In this document: piece after piece, positions 10,908 to 20,948 of the stretch
Numbering within the stretch: the stretch's first letter is position 1
How the letters are laid out: each line of letters begins with the position of its first letter
Source of the DNA: Nitrospirota bacterium
GTDB lineage: Bacteria > Nitrospirota > UBA9217
Direction: 5' to 3'
DNA length: 64,000 bases
NCBI GenBank assembly: GCA_963751455.1
Contig: CAVVUN010000001.1
Location: 352,001 to 416,000, forward strand
Program-made: the position numbers and the translations under genes
Notes under the pieces: model-generated
The model's input: the letters and a program-made list of their open reading frames with translations, nothing else
What the model was told of the DNA's origin: nothing
The model's database searches: none

Positions 10908-10955
10908 ATGCTGTGAATTCCTCACCAGATGCCGGCCTACGCATTGGCCTATGAT

Positions 10956-11141
10956 TTACGGCAAGCAATCCTGGTTTTTTGAAGGGCCCGTAAAATTACA
11001 GAAGTATAAATAGCACAAGCTGTATCTCTTGCTTTTGCACAGCTCCTGGAGTTCCATCTCGCTTGGAACATAGTGATTCTCCGCGGGCGGCAGTCCTGCT
11101 TTGCAGAGCTTATTTTCTAATGTTAAAAAAGGACAGGGCAT
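10956..11141 (-). CDS. Small cysteine-rich hypothetical protein
   Basis: 61 aa, MPCPFL...C...YVPS..EL.ELCK....LC pattern; possible metal binder. Confidence 0.55.
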   Translation of the reverse strand: MPCPFLTLENKLCKAGLPPAENHYVPSEMELQELCKSKRYSLCYLYFCNFTGPSKNQDCLP

Positions 11142-11371
11142 AGTTGATAAGGGAGTAATTAATTTTCCCGCCTCCTTAGGTCATTCTAATAGTGATGAGT
11201 TTCCCAATCAATACCCCAGGGCGGGTATTTAAAGGGTATGCATTCCGTGCCGTTTTCGAACCATTGTTAGTGATGTTAATAGCATATTCGTGCTGATTTC
11301 GGCTGCATACAACAATAGAGCGCATAAAATTATCTTCGCTGACTGCGAAACTTTTTACTTCACTAATAAGT

Positions 11372-13244
11372 GATGATCTCGTAAGAACGAACTGTCGTGA
11401 TTCAGCCAAAATAAATCGCGCAAAACATCATATTTCCTTTGCAGTACAAGGGGTTTTGTGATACACAACAGCATCACCTATCGCAATCAAGGAGCCAGAA
11501 TGATCCATATCAAGGATCACAAAACCCCCGACATGTTCGATCCCTTTCCCTTCCTGGGACCTAAACGTAAACAGCGCATCGAGGGGTCCTGGGCAAAGGT
11601 ATTTCGGGAGCATATTCTTACCACGCTGCCAGTCGAGAAAATTTTCTCAAAATACGATCCGGTTTTCGGAGCGCCGACCAAGGAACTCTATTCCATGATC
11701 GGCCTCATGGTCCTCCAGCAGATGAACGACCTGACCGACGAAGAAGCCGTAGACCAGTTTGCCTATAATCTCCAGTGGCATTATGCCCTGAACATCACAA
11801 GCGCGGCGGACACCGCCGCTTATGTCAGCCCCAAGACCCTCTGGAACATGCGCGACCTCCTGATCGAACGGAACCTCTACCAAGTTATCTTTGAAGAAGT
11901 CGTCACGATGCTTGCCGATGTATTCAAAGTCGATGTCGCCAAGCAGCGCTTCGACTCGGTCCACATCTACTCCAATATGCGCCACTTGGGCCGGCTCGGC
12001 CTGTTCGTAAAGACTATTAAGAAGTTCCTGGTGAACCTCAAGCGTCACCATAAAGACCTCTATGAATCATTAGAGACGGCCATCACCGACGGGTACATGA
12101 CCAAACAGGGAGATGCCGTCTTCTCGATGGTCAGACCCTCGGAATCGATAAACACGCTAAGGACGCTGGCCAACGACGTGTTCAGCCTGGTGGAACGGTT
12201 CAGAGGAAACGAGCCAATTACCACCATGAACACCTATCAGCTCCTTGTCCGGCTGCTTAAGGAACAATGCATCGTGGAACGCGTTGATACGCATACAACC
12301 CTGGTCTCGGTCAAGGCCAACAAGGACGTGCCTTCCGATTCTCTGCAAAACCCTTCCGACCCCGACGCCGGGTATGACGGCCACAAGGGCAAGGGCTACC
12401 AGGTGCAGGTCGCCGAAAGCTACGGCACGTCCGAGGATACCAACACCCTGAATTTGATCACCAGTGTGATCGTAGAACCTGCCCACAAGCACGACACCCA
12501 TGCCACTATTCCGCTTATCGAATCAACGGAGAAGTTGGGTCTGAAACCGGAAGCGGTCATTGCCGACACCCCCTATGGCAGCGACGAGAACTGCGAGAAG
12601 GCAAAGACCATGGGAGTTGAAGTCGTTTCCCCGGTCATGGGCAACCTCGGCGAAGACAGCGTGCCATTCACGGCATTCACCATGAACAGCGAAAACGAAA
12701 TCACCTTATGCCCCGAGGGACGCGCTCCTCTCAAAACCCGGAGCAAAGACGACAATCACTCCGCGCTCTTTTCAAAAAAAGCGTGCCGTGGTTGTTCCCG
12801 AAAGAACACATGTCCGACGCTGCCCGGCAAAAAGGGCCGCTATCTCCGATACGACGATAAAGCGATCCGTCTGGCCCAGCGACGGGCTCAGGAAGACACT
12901 CCCGAGTTTCGGGACAGGTACCGCTTCCGTGCAGGGGTCGAAGGAACCATGTCTCAGCTTGACCGAATAACCGGCTTCAAGAACTTGCGCGTCCGAGGAC
13001 TGTCCGCCGTGAGCTTCGCTGCGTACTTGAAGGCTGCCGGAATCAACATTATCCGGGCGGCGGCATTCCGCAAACGGGAAAAGGAAGAGGAATCGGCCCT
13101 CATAGCCGCCCTTTCATTGCTATTTTGTGCTGTCAAAGAACGAGTGCAGCATGTTTCAGCCGCCATCGGGCGCTGGATCAGTCTCCGGCCGCTGATTATG
13201 CAGTTTAAGGTACTTTACGCCGTTTGACTTCTTACGAATTCATC
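11372..13244 (+). mobile_element. Complete insertion sequence, IS1182/IS5-like DDE family
   Basis: Terminal IRs GATGATCTCGTAAGAA (11372-) and TTCTTACGAATTCATC (-13244); 6-bp target duplication ATAAGT at 11366-11371 and 13245-13250; one transposase ORF. Confidence 0.9.
11500..13227 (+). CDS. DDE transposase (IS1182-like)
   Basis: QRFDSVHI, SLQNPSDPDAGY, ADTPYGS, Cys cluster CRGCSRKNTCP and YRFRAGVEGT; SD AAGGAG before ATG 11500. Confidence 0.9.
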   Translation: MIHIKDHKTPDMFDPFPFLGPKRKQRIEGSWAKVFREHILTTLPVEKIFSKYDPVFGAPTKELYSMIGLMVLQQMNDLTDEEAVDQFAYNLQWHYALNITSAADTAAYVSPKTLWNMRDLLIERNLYQVIFEEVVTMLADVFKVDVAKQRFDSVHIYSNMRHLGRLGLFVKTIKKFLVNLKRHHKDLYESLETAITDGYMTKQGDAVFSMVRPSESINTLRTLANDVFSLVERFRGNEPITTMNTYQLLVRLLKEQCIVERVDTHTTLVSVKANKDVPSDSLQNPSDPDAGYDGHKGKGYQVQVAESYGTSEDTNTLNLITSVIVEPAHKHDTHATIPLIESTEKLGLKPEAVIADTPYGSDENCEKAKTMGVEVVSPVMGNLGEDSVPFTAFTMNSENEITLCPEGRAPLKTRSKDDNHSALFSKKACRGCSRKNTCPTLPGKKGRYLRYDDKAIRLAQRRAQEDTPEFRDRYRFRAGVEGTMSQLDRITGFKNLRVRGLSAVSFAAYLKAAGINIIRAAAFRKREKEEESALIAALSLLFCAVKERVQHVSAAIGRWISLRPLIMQFKVLYAV

Positions 13245-13467
13245 ATAAGTGTATCACTTTATATTACCTCGGCATGGGTTTATTTCGATAAAGTCGGATG
13301 CAGATTAAAAAAGGACAGGATACCATAGGACTAAAGCACCTCACAATAAAACGCATGCGTCCTGCATCCTTTTCCGGAATTGACAGCGAATGGAACGAGT
13401 AATAGACTCATAATAAGATTGGCCTTTCATGCGGTTACACGCACTATTTCTCTGAAAGGAGACGAAA

Positions 13468-13710
13468 ATGAAAAGGATCATATTTATTATAATGACTGTT
13501 GCTCTTCTCGGATCGACCGGATGCGCCACCAAGAGCGGGAGCGCCACTGCCGGAGCAATCGGAGGAGCAGCGGCCGGGGGAGGAGCATACGAATACCGGA
13601 TGCATGAGGAACTGAAAAGGATCGATGATGAATTAAAGACCGGAAAGATAGACCAAAGGGAGTACGACATCCGGAAGGACCAGATCCTGAGGATGTCTGT
13701 TGTGAAATAA
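13468..13710 (+). CDS. Small glycine-zipper lipoprotein
   Basis: SD AAGGAG; lipobox STGC; AGAIGGAAAGGG glycine zipper. Confidence 0.8.
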   Translation: MKRIIFIIMTVALLGSTGCATKSGSATAGAIGGAAAGGGAYEYRMHEELKRIDDELKTGKIDQREYDIRKDQILRMSVVK

Positions 13711-13821
13711 AGCCGAGGAGGCGCTTAATCAGCGTGCCCCTCGCCTGTTCCTGGGACACTTCAACTCCTATGCCCGGAGAATTCCATCTTGCCTCCTTAA
13801 ACTCTGCACGTCATTTCTTTT

Positions 13822-14058
13822 ATGCATGTTGAACAGATCGATGTTATAGCGTATGCAGACCGAAAGGGTGATGAGCGGCCGAAGACGTTTGTCCTGCGAG
13901 GCCTGCGGATCGATGTTGTGGAAATTCTTGATCTCTGGATCGAAGAAGGGATCAGGAACAGGGCCAGGAAGCGGTATTTCAGGATAAAAGGAAGCGATCG
14001 GAATATACACCGCATCTATTACGATGAAACGCTTCTGGAATGGTATTACGCATCATGA
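13822..14058 (+). CDS. Small hypothetical protein (DUF6504-like)
   Basis: 78 aa, ERPKTF...VVEILDLW...YFRI...IYYDE...W pattern. Confidence 0.65.
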   Translation: MHVEQIDVIAYADRKGDERPKTFVLRGLRIDVVEILDLWIEEGIRNRARKRYFRIKGSDRNIHRIYYDETLLEWYYAS

Positions 14059-14147
14059 CAGGTATGAAGTTTTAACAGAATTACTCTTGCCATTTGTGCT
14101 TGTTTATTGTATTTTCTTGAAACCTTGCTTCCCCCAGGCCATCTCGT

Positions 14148-15359
14148 ATGATTAAAACCCTCTTTCGTTCCCTGCGCCACCGGAACTTCCGCCTTTTTTT
14201 TTCAGGGCAGCTTATCTCGCTGATCGGCACATGGATGCAGAACGTCGGCCAGGCCTGGCTCGTGCTCGAGCTGACTCATTCCTCCTTGAAGCTCGGCATC
14301 GTTTCTGCGCTTCAGTTCGCACCCATGCTGTTCCTGTCGCTCCCCGCAGGCGCTTTCATAGATTATTTCGATAAAAGAAAGATCATCATCGGTACGCAGG
14401 CACTGATGATGCTCCTGGCCTTTACGCTTGCCGCTCTGGACTGGTCAGGGGCGGTCCGCTACTGGCATGTCGTAATACTCGCAACGCTTCTCGGCATTGC
14501 CAACACCCTCGATATGCCTGCCCGCCAGGCTTTCATCATTGAAATGGTAGGGAAAGAAGATCTGATGAATGCGATTGCGTTAAACTCATCGATCTTCAAC
14601 GCGGCCAGGGCAATAGGACCGGCCGTGGCAGGGTTGCTCATCGGCGGACTGGGCACAGCAGCCTGCTTCTTTGTTAACGGCCTCAGCTACCTGGCCGTCA
14701 TCCTGGGGCTGTATTCCATGAAGTTCGCACCGCCCCCTGCCCGGCGCCTGCGCTCATACCATATGCTCGAAGATATAACCGAGTCGCTTCGCTACATAAG
14801 CAACAAGCCGGTTATTCTCACGACGATGATCCTCGTTGCCGCCGTGAGCGTCTTCGGCGCAAACTTCAATGTACTCGTCCCGGTCTTTGCACGTCAGGAA
14901 CTCCATCGTAACGCGACGGCCTTCGGTTTTCTGATGTCGTCTTTCGGGCTCGGCGCGCTGCTCGGGGCGTTCTCGCTCGCACTGTTCAGCCGGAGAGGAC
15001 CGGAACCCGTGATTCTTTTCGGGGGCGGCATCGGCTTATCGCTGGCGCTGATAATGATCGGTTTTCAGAATTCGTATGGACTCACGGCTTTTCTGCTGGC
15101 CCTCTGCGGATGGTGCCTGGTGACTTTCTTCGGCGCCGCAAATACCACCGTCCAGATGAATACGGACGACAGGCTGCGGGGCCGGGTCATGAGCACCTAC
15201 ACCTTCACGTTCGGAGGTCTTACCCCGTTCGGCAGTCTCTTCGCGGGAGCAGCAGCGCACTGGATCAAAACTCCCTTGACGTTTGCACTGGGCGGGCTGT
15301 TTACGGGTATTGTTTTTATGATCGTAATTGCGCGGCAAAGGACCGGCCGCCGGTCATGA
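14148..15359 (+). CDS. MFS transporter (MFS_3/DHA3-like)
   Basis: About 12 TM; LRHRNFRLFFSGQLISLIGTWMQ, DMPARQAF and LRGRVMS. Confidence 0.93.
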   Translation: MIKTLFRSLRHRNFRLFFSGQLISLIGTWMQNVGQAWLVLELTHSSLKLGIVSALQFAPMLFLSLPAGAFIDYFDKRKIIIGTQALMMLLAFTLAALDWSGAVRYWHVVILATLLGIANTLDMPARQAFIIEMVGKEDLMNAIALNSSIFNAARAIGPAVAGLLIGGLGTAACFFVNGLSYLAVILGLYSMKFAPPPARRLRSYHMLEDITESLRYISNKPVILTTMILVAAVSVFGANFNVLVPVFARQELHRNATAFGFLMSSFGLGALLGAFSLALFSRRGPEPVILFGGGIGLSLALIMIGFQNSYGLTAFLLALCGWCLVTFFGAANTTVQMNTDDRLRGRVMSTYTFTFGGLTPFGSLFAGAAAHWIKTPLTFALGGLFTGIVFMIVIARQRTGRRS

Positions 15360-15415
15360 TTGTCTCCTCGCTTTTACGGGTCATAATCCGTTAAATATGG
15401 TATGATAGCAATGAC

Positions 15416-17406
15416 ATGCAGAACCAGGAAATAACCATATTTCGGGAGCTCATCATTCTGCTTGCCGTATCCCTGCCTATCACGTATGTGTTCCATAAGG
15501 CAAAACTGCCGGCGCTCGTCGGTTTCCTGATCACCGGCGTTCTCATCGGTCCTTATGGCGCTGCCGTAATTACCGAAACGGAGGTCGTACAGCGGCTTGC
15601 GGACCTGGGCGTGGTCCTTCTGCTGTTCACCGTCGGCCTTGAATTCTCCATTGGGGACATTCTTAAATCGGGCAGGCAGTTCCTGATCGGCGGCGCAACG
15701 CAAGTGCTGCTTACGATCGCCGTCATTGCCGGAATCGCCGTCTTCCTGGGTTACCCCCTCCCGCAAGCGGTGTTCTTCGGATTTCTAGCGTCCCTCAGCA
15801 GCACCGCCATCGTTCTCAAGATGTACGCTGACCGTGCCGAGCTTGACTCCCCCCACGGCAAACTCGCAACCGGCATCCTGCTGTTTCAGGATATCGCCGT
15901 AGTGCCCATGATGCTGCTGCTGCCGGTGCTGAGCCAGGCCACTTCAGCCGGGGACCTGACGCCCCTCTCCATTCTCATATCCGTAGGCAAGGCGGTGCTC
16001 GGTCTGGTGGTGGTGTTCGTGTCCGCCCGCGTGGCTGTTCCTTTCTTTCTTCACCAGGTAATCCGGCTCAGGGACCGCGAGATGTTTTTTCTGCTTGTGG
16101 TTCTCCTTTGCCTCGGCACGGCGTGGATCACATACAGCCTCGGGCTATCCCTCGCACTCGGCGCTTTTCTGGCAGGTCTGATAATCTCGGAGTCCGAATA
16201 CAGCCACGAGATCGTGATTGAGATAACGCCTTTTCGTGATTATTTCGCAAGCATTTTCTTCATTTCGGTAGGTATGCTGCTGCAGACCGGTTTCCTCATG
16301 TCCCACTGGCCTGCGCTGCTTCTGATGACCGTGCTCCTTGTTCTCGTAAAAACCACGCTCGTGATCGTAACCGCTAAATTATTGAGTTATCCCATTCGAA
16401 CTGCGCTCCTTGCGGGACTCGGAGTGGCCCAGATCGGTGAATTTGCTTTCCTGCTCGCGCAGCAGGGTCATTCGCTCATGAACGAAGAGACGTTCCAGAT
16501 GTTCATCAACACTTCAATCCTGAGCATGCTTGCCACGCCGTTCATCATCCAGGCAGCGCCGCTGCTGACCTCGCGCCTGTCCCGGATCCGCCTATCACCA
16601 AGGACAAGGAACATTTCTGCTCGCTCACCGGGCACACCGTGATTGCTGGGTTCGGCTTGAACGGCCGGAACCTTGCTAAAACGCTGAAGGCCACGCATAT
16701 ACCCTACGTCGTGCTCGAAGTAAATGCGGACACAATACGCAAGGCCCGCGAGGAAGGCGAACCCCTTGTCTACGGAGACATCACGCGAAAGGAGGTGCTT
16801 GAGCGCGCCGGAGTGGATTGCGCCAAGGCGATCGTCTTCGCCATATCGGACAATGCCGCCACTCGGATCGCGGTCCAGATTGCCCGGCAGCTGAATCCGT
16901 CCATATATATCCTTGTCAGGACACGCTACTCATCCGGCGTCGAGGAGCTGTATAAGCTCGGCGCGGACCAGGTGATCCCCGAGGAGTTTGAAACGTCGAT
17001 AGAAATATTCTCGCGAGTGCTCCACGAATACCACATACCGAACAATATCATTACGAACCAGGTCCAGCTGATACGGATGGAAGGGTACAAAATGCTGCGC
17101 GGTCTTTCCCTCGACCAGGAAAACATAGGCCGTATTGCCTCTCTTCTTGCCGGCGCCACCGTTGACAATGTCCAGATCGAGCGTGAATCGTATGCCTCAG
17201 GCAAGAGCCTGCGCGAACTGGATATCCGGAAGAATACGGGGGCCACAGTAATTGCAATTGTCCGGAATGGAGAAGCGGTCCCGAATCCGGGGTCCGACTT
17301 CACCCTCGAACACGACGATATCCTTGTGGTTCTCGGCGCCCACAAGGAACTGGACCAGGCTGTAACATTGCTGACTCGCGGGACTGACCGGCAAAGTGAG
17401 AGGTAG
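15416..17406 (+). CDS. KefC-like CPA2 cation:proton antiporter with TrkA-N/TrkA-C domains, split by one frameshift near 16570-16590
   Basis: SLSSTAIV, LFQDIAVVP and AQIGEFAF in 15416-16642. The reading continues in another frame as ...CSLTGHTVIAGFGLNG...YGD... to 17406. Confidence 0.88.
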
Positions 17407-17430
17407 ACATGATCAGCGACTCAAAATAAG

Positions 17431-17459
17431 TTGCGATTCTCGATAACTTCAAGTATAAT
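17431..17459 (+). promoter_or_regulatory. Sigma-70 promoter upstream of selC
   Basis: TTGCGA-17 nt-TATAAT. Confidence 0.7.
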
Positions 17460-17630
17460 TTTAATGTTTGTACGTCTCGATGTGCTTGATTAGTGGAGCC
17501 CCCTCCGGCAGGAGCCGGAGGCTCCCTTTAATAACGCGACCTCCCGCGGACTACGGCGCATTACCCCCGGCAGGAGCCGGGGGATTGCAAGTCGCGGGAT
17601 TCAATTTTCATCAACAGAGTTTTCCCACAA

Positions 17631-17729
17631 GGGAGAGGTTACGGAGCTGGTGCCCGTCCCGGACTTCAAATCCGCTGTTTCCTGGCGTGAGCCAGGAAAG
17701 GTGAGTTCGATTCTCATGCTCTCCCGCCA
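17631..17729 (+). tRNA. selC: tRNA-Sec (anticodon UCA)
   Basis: Acceptor GGGAGAG/CTCTCCC, G discriminator, encoded CCA; anticodon loop CTTCAAA; long variable arm TTTCCTGGC-GTGA-GCCAGGAAA; T-arm GTGAG-TTCGATT-CTCAT; selA and selB nearby. Confidence 0.95.
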
Positions 17730-17805
17730 TTCTAACCTTGAATGTTCAGGCTAACCTGACAAGCTTCGTAGCAGTTCAGATGCTAAGGAATGTAAAAATT
17801 TCTGG

Positions 17806-17834
17806 TTGAAAATTAACCACTGAATGGCTATAAT
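17806..17834 (+). promoter_or_regulatory. Leaderless sigma-70 promoter bracketed by an inverted repeat
   Basis: TTGAAA-17 nt-TATAAT, 6 nt before ATG 17841; inverted repeat TGGTTGAA ... TTCAACCA overlaps both ends. Confidence 0.7.
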
Positions 17835-17840
17835 TCAACC

Positions 17841-19082
17841 ATGCTAAAGAGAAATATCACTCAGCTTGTACTGGATGCCCTCTCCGATACGCCGGTTCTC
17901 CTCCTGAACGGAGCGCGACAAACAGGGAAAAGCACCCTTGTAAAAACCATCTCGGAACATTCCCACCCGGCCCGCTATATCACGCTGGACGATGCTACTG
18001 TTCTTGCCTCTGTTAAGCATGACACAGCGGGATTCCTGTCAGGATTGGATGGCCCGGTTGTTATCGATGAAGTGCAGAGGGCTCCAGAGCTGTTTCCTGC
18101 TATCAAGGCAGAGGTAGACCGCAGCCGGCGACCGGGACGATTCCTGCTTACCGGCTCTGCCAATGTCCTTTTACTGCCTCGATTGTCGGAATCCCTGGCA
18201 GGTAGAATGGAAATACTGAGTCTCTGGCCGTTTTCCCAGGGAGAGATTGAAAGAATTCAAGAGCATTTTGTGGATAGTTTGTTTGCAACTAAATTGCATG
18301 CTGATACTCTACCTAAAGAATCTCTTGCATCACTCCATACCAGGATCATCAACGGTGGTTATCCCGAGGCAGTCAGCAGGACCAGAGAAGATCGACGCCG
18401 GGCATGGTTCGAGTCCTATATTACGACAATCCTCCAAAGGGACATTCGAGATCTCGCCAATATCGAAGGCCTTACCAGCCTGCCAAGGCTCCTAGCCATC
18501 ATTGCTTCGCGTGCTCCTGCGCTTCTCAATTTTTCAGAGCTATCGCGTACCCTTGCAATGCCGCAAAGCACCCTCAAACGGTATATGACGCTCCTGGAGG
18601 CTACGTTTCTTATCCAGCATCTGCCCGCGTGGTCGGGGAATCTCGGAAAACGTTTAGTGAAAACCTCCAAGCTCGTAATGAGTGACACCGGCCTTATGTC
18701 GCACTTGCTCGGAGCCAATAAAGAACGGATGGCAACAGGCGGCATTATCGGCCCATTACTTGAAAACTTCGTTATCATGGAATTAATCAAACAGACCACC
18801 TGGAGTTCAATCAAGCCGAAATTTTTTCACTTCCGAACGCAAACCGGGCAGGAAGTGGATATCGTATTGGAAGATCGGGCGGGCAAACTTGTGGGTATCG
18901 AGGTCAAGGCAAGTTCAACAGTGACAGCCCAGGACTTTAAAGGGCTCCGCGCGCTTGCTGAAACCACCGGCAAAAGGTTTCATAGAGGAGTTGTACTTTA
19001 TACCGGCTACGAGAGTTTACCGTTTGGTCCGGAACTCTATGCCATCCCGGTTAATGCCTTGTGGCATAAGCGGAGAAAATGA
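17841..19082 (+). CDS. AAA_14 ATPase with DUF4143 and a C-terminal PD-(D/E)XK-like motif
   Basis: GARQTGKST, IDEVQR, LTGSA, ESLAGR, GGYPE and EVDIVLE...IEVK. Confidence 0.92.
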   Translation: MLKRNITQLVLDALSDTPVLLLNGARQTGKSTLVKTISEHSHPARYITLDDATVLASVKHDTAGFLSGLDGPVVIDEVQRAPELFPAIKAEVDRSRRPGRFLLTGSANVLLLPRLSESLAGRMEILSLWPFSQGEIERIQEHFVDSLFATKLHADTLPKESLASLHTRIINGGYPEAVSRTREDRRRAWFESYITTILQRDIRDLANIEGLTSLPRLLAIIASRAPALLNFSELSRTLAMPQSTLKRYMTLLEATFLIQHLPAWSGNLGKRLVKTSKLVMSDTGLMSHLLGANKERMATGGIIGPLLENFVIMELIKQTTWSSIKPKFFHFRTQTGQEVDIVLEDRAGKLVGIEVKASSTVTAQDFKGLRALAETTGKRFHRGVVLYTGYESLPFGPELYAIPVNALWHKRRK

Positions 19083-19189
19083 AGGTGAACTCCTATTCCC
19101 GGATGCAGCCGTAGTCGGTCGTTCATGTATAATAGGTTAAGGCAAGAATTTAATTCGATGCCATCCCGCAAATTAAAGGAATAACCAGT

Positions 19190-20557
19190 ATGCAGGAAGC
19201 CCGCATAATAATCATGGACGATGAAGTCCAGGAGCGCCGCAGGATAGAGCAGTATCTTGTCCAAAAAGGGTACGATGTTCTCGCTGTGGGCAGCATCAAG
19301 GATGCCATGGCGGCCATCGAACGGGAGCGCTTCGAAGTCTTTCTTACTGACTGCAATATTCCCGGCGTGGACGCGCTTGAAACTTCCGCCGCAGTGCGCA
19401 AACTGAATCCGGATTTAGCCGTGATCATCATGACGGCCTTTGGAACGATTGAGACGGCTGTCAAGGCAATCAAGGCGGGGGCGTACGACTACCTTCCCAA
19501 ACCGGTCGACCTGGACCAGTTGCTGCTGGTAATTGAAAGAATAGTTGAACGTCAGAACCTGATCCGCGAGAACACGGAACTCAAGGAGCAGCTGCGGGAC
19601 CGGTATAAGTTCGACGAAATTGTAAGCACCAGCCATGCCATGGAGGAAGTGCTGAATCTTGCCGGCCGCGTGGCAGCGAGTAATGCCACCGTATTGCTCC
19701 GGGGGGAAAGCGGAACCGGCAAGGAACTCGTTGCAAAAGCGATCCATTACCACAGCGGGCGGGCGAACTTCCCGCTCATTAAAGTAAATTGCGCGGCCCT
19801 GCCTGAAACGCTGCTCGAAAGCGAGCTCTTCGGTCATGAAAAAGGCGCCTTTACCGGTGCGACCTCGCGCAGAATAGGCAGGTTCGAAGCCGCGAACAAG
19901 GGAACTTTGTTCCTGGATGAAATCGGGGAATTGACGCCGGGCGTGCAGGTAAAACTCCTCCGCGTGCTCCAGGAACACGAGTTCGAGCGGGTCGGCGGAA
20001 ACCAGACGCTGAAGAGCGATGTCCGCGTCATTGCCGCGACGAATCGTGATCTGGAAAAGGCGATCAGAGAGAACCAATTCAGGGAAGACTTATATTACCG
20101 TCTGAATGTCGTGTCCGTCGTAATCCCTCCGCTGAGGGAACGCAAGGAAGACATACCGGCCCTTCTGGATTACTTCATTAAGAAATATGGAGACGAAAAC
20201 AAGAAGCGGATCACGGACATTTCCAGCGAGGCGCGTGATCTCCTCATGCGCTATTCATATCCGGGTAACGTGAGAGAGCTCGAAAACATTATCGAGCGGG
20301 CAGTGGTCCTCTCCAGGAGAACGACCATCTCCGCAGCCGACCTCCCGATACATCTTCATCATGCCACCGACGACGGCAAATATGCGCCGCAGGTGTTAAG
20401 AGGCTCCCTGAGCGATACGCTCGATACCGTGGAGCGCGGTTTGATAATGGATGCTCTCAAGGAATCCGAAGGTGTACAGACACGGGCTGCCGAGAAGCTC
20501 GGGATCAGCGAAAGAGTTTTAAGATATAAGCTGAAGAAATACAAAATAAAAGAGTAA
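19190..20557 (+). CDS. Sigma-54-dependent response regulator (NtrC/AtoC family)
   Basis: Receiver domain, GESGTGKE, ESELFGHEKGAFTGA, FREDLYYRL and a Fis-type HTH. Confidence 0.96.
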   Translation: MQEARIIIMDDEVQERRRIEQYLVQKGYDVLAVGSIKDAMAAIERERFEVFLTDCNIPGVDALETSAAVRKLNPDLAVIIMTAFGTIETAVKAIKAGAYDYLPKPVDLDQLLLVIERIVERQNLIRENTELKEQLRDRYKFDEIVSTSHAMEEVLNLAGRVAASNATVLLRGESGTGKELVAKAIHYHSGRANFPLIKVNCAALPETLLESELFGHEKGAFTGATSRRIGRFEAANKGTLFLDEIGELTPGVQVKLLRVLQEHEFERVGGNQTLKSDVRVIAATNRDLEKAIRENQFREDLYYRLNVVSVVIPPLRERKEDIPALLDYFIKKYGDENKKRITDISSEARDLLMRYSYPGNVRELENIIERAVVLSRRTTISAADLPIHLHHATDDGKYAPQVLRGSLSDTLDTVERGLIMDALKESEGVQTRAAEKLGISERVLRYKLKKYKIKE

Positions 20558-20628
20558 AGCCTTTTATCCGCAGATTTCGCAGAGAGCACAGACGCCCCTG
20601 ACTCCTGTCTCCTGTCTTCTGTCTCCTG

Positions 20629-20672
20629 CCTGCACCCAGCGACTACGAGTGCGTCAGCGCAAGTGCAGGGTG
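20629..20672 (+). mobile_element. 44-bp mini-element A inserted in a 7-mer repeat tract
   Basis: CCTGCACCCAGCGACTACGAGTGCGTCAGCGCAAGTGCAGGGTG sits between the units TCTCCTG and TCTCCTC; homologous copies occur elsewhere in the window. Confidence 0.75.
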
Positions 20673-20685
20673 TCTCCTCACTGCC

Positions 20686-20907
20686 TTACTTACACCGCTC
20701 TCTCGCCCCCAACGCAAACAGAACAATGTTCATGGGGCAAAAGCCGGTCATAGCAAATACTATAAGCATTAAACCGACAAAACCTGTAAACAGGAACCAA
20801 GCCTCGTGTACGAAGTGCCCGAGCAGCGCGCTCCCGAAAACAAGGATGCCGGCAACAAGCCGGATGAGTCTTTCAAGGTACCACGATTTAGTATCTGCTA
20901 TATACAT
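20686..20907 (-). CDS. DUF2892 (YgaP-like) small membrane protein
   Basis: ERLIRLVAG...TGFCPM pattern, two TM; SD GGAGG before ATG 20907. Confidence 0.88.
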   Translation of the reverse strand: MYIADTKSWYLERLIRLVAGILVFGSALLGHFVHEAWFLFTGFVGLMLIVFAMTGFCPMNIVLFALGARERCK

Positions 20908-20948
20908 ACAAACCTCCAATTAAAATAACGCAAACTGCTCATTTCTAT

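Noticed and set aside
16630-16645. Selenocysteine read-through at the TGA ending the kefC first half (also at 33763 and 37161)
   Set aside because: For kefC and the cytochrome, the conserved sequence continues in a different frame. The nrfD TGA follows a complete protein. No selenoprotein was identified in the window.
17468-17704. 78-aa ORF
   Set aside because: It overlaps the tRNA-Sec gene and its leader and has no protein features.
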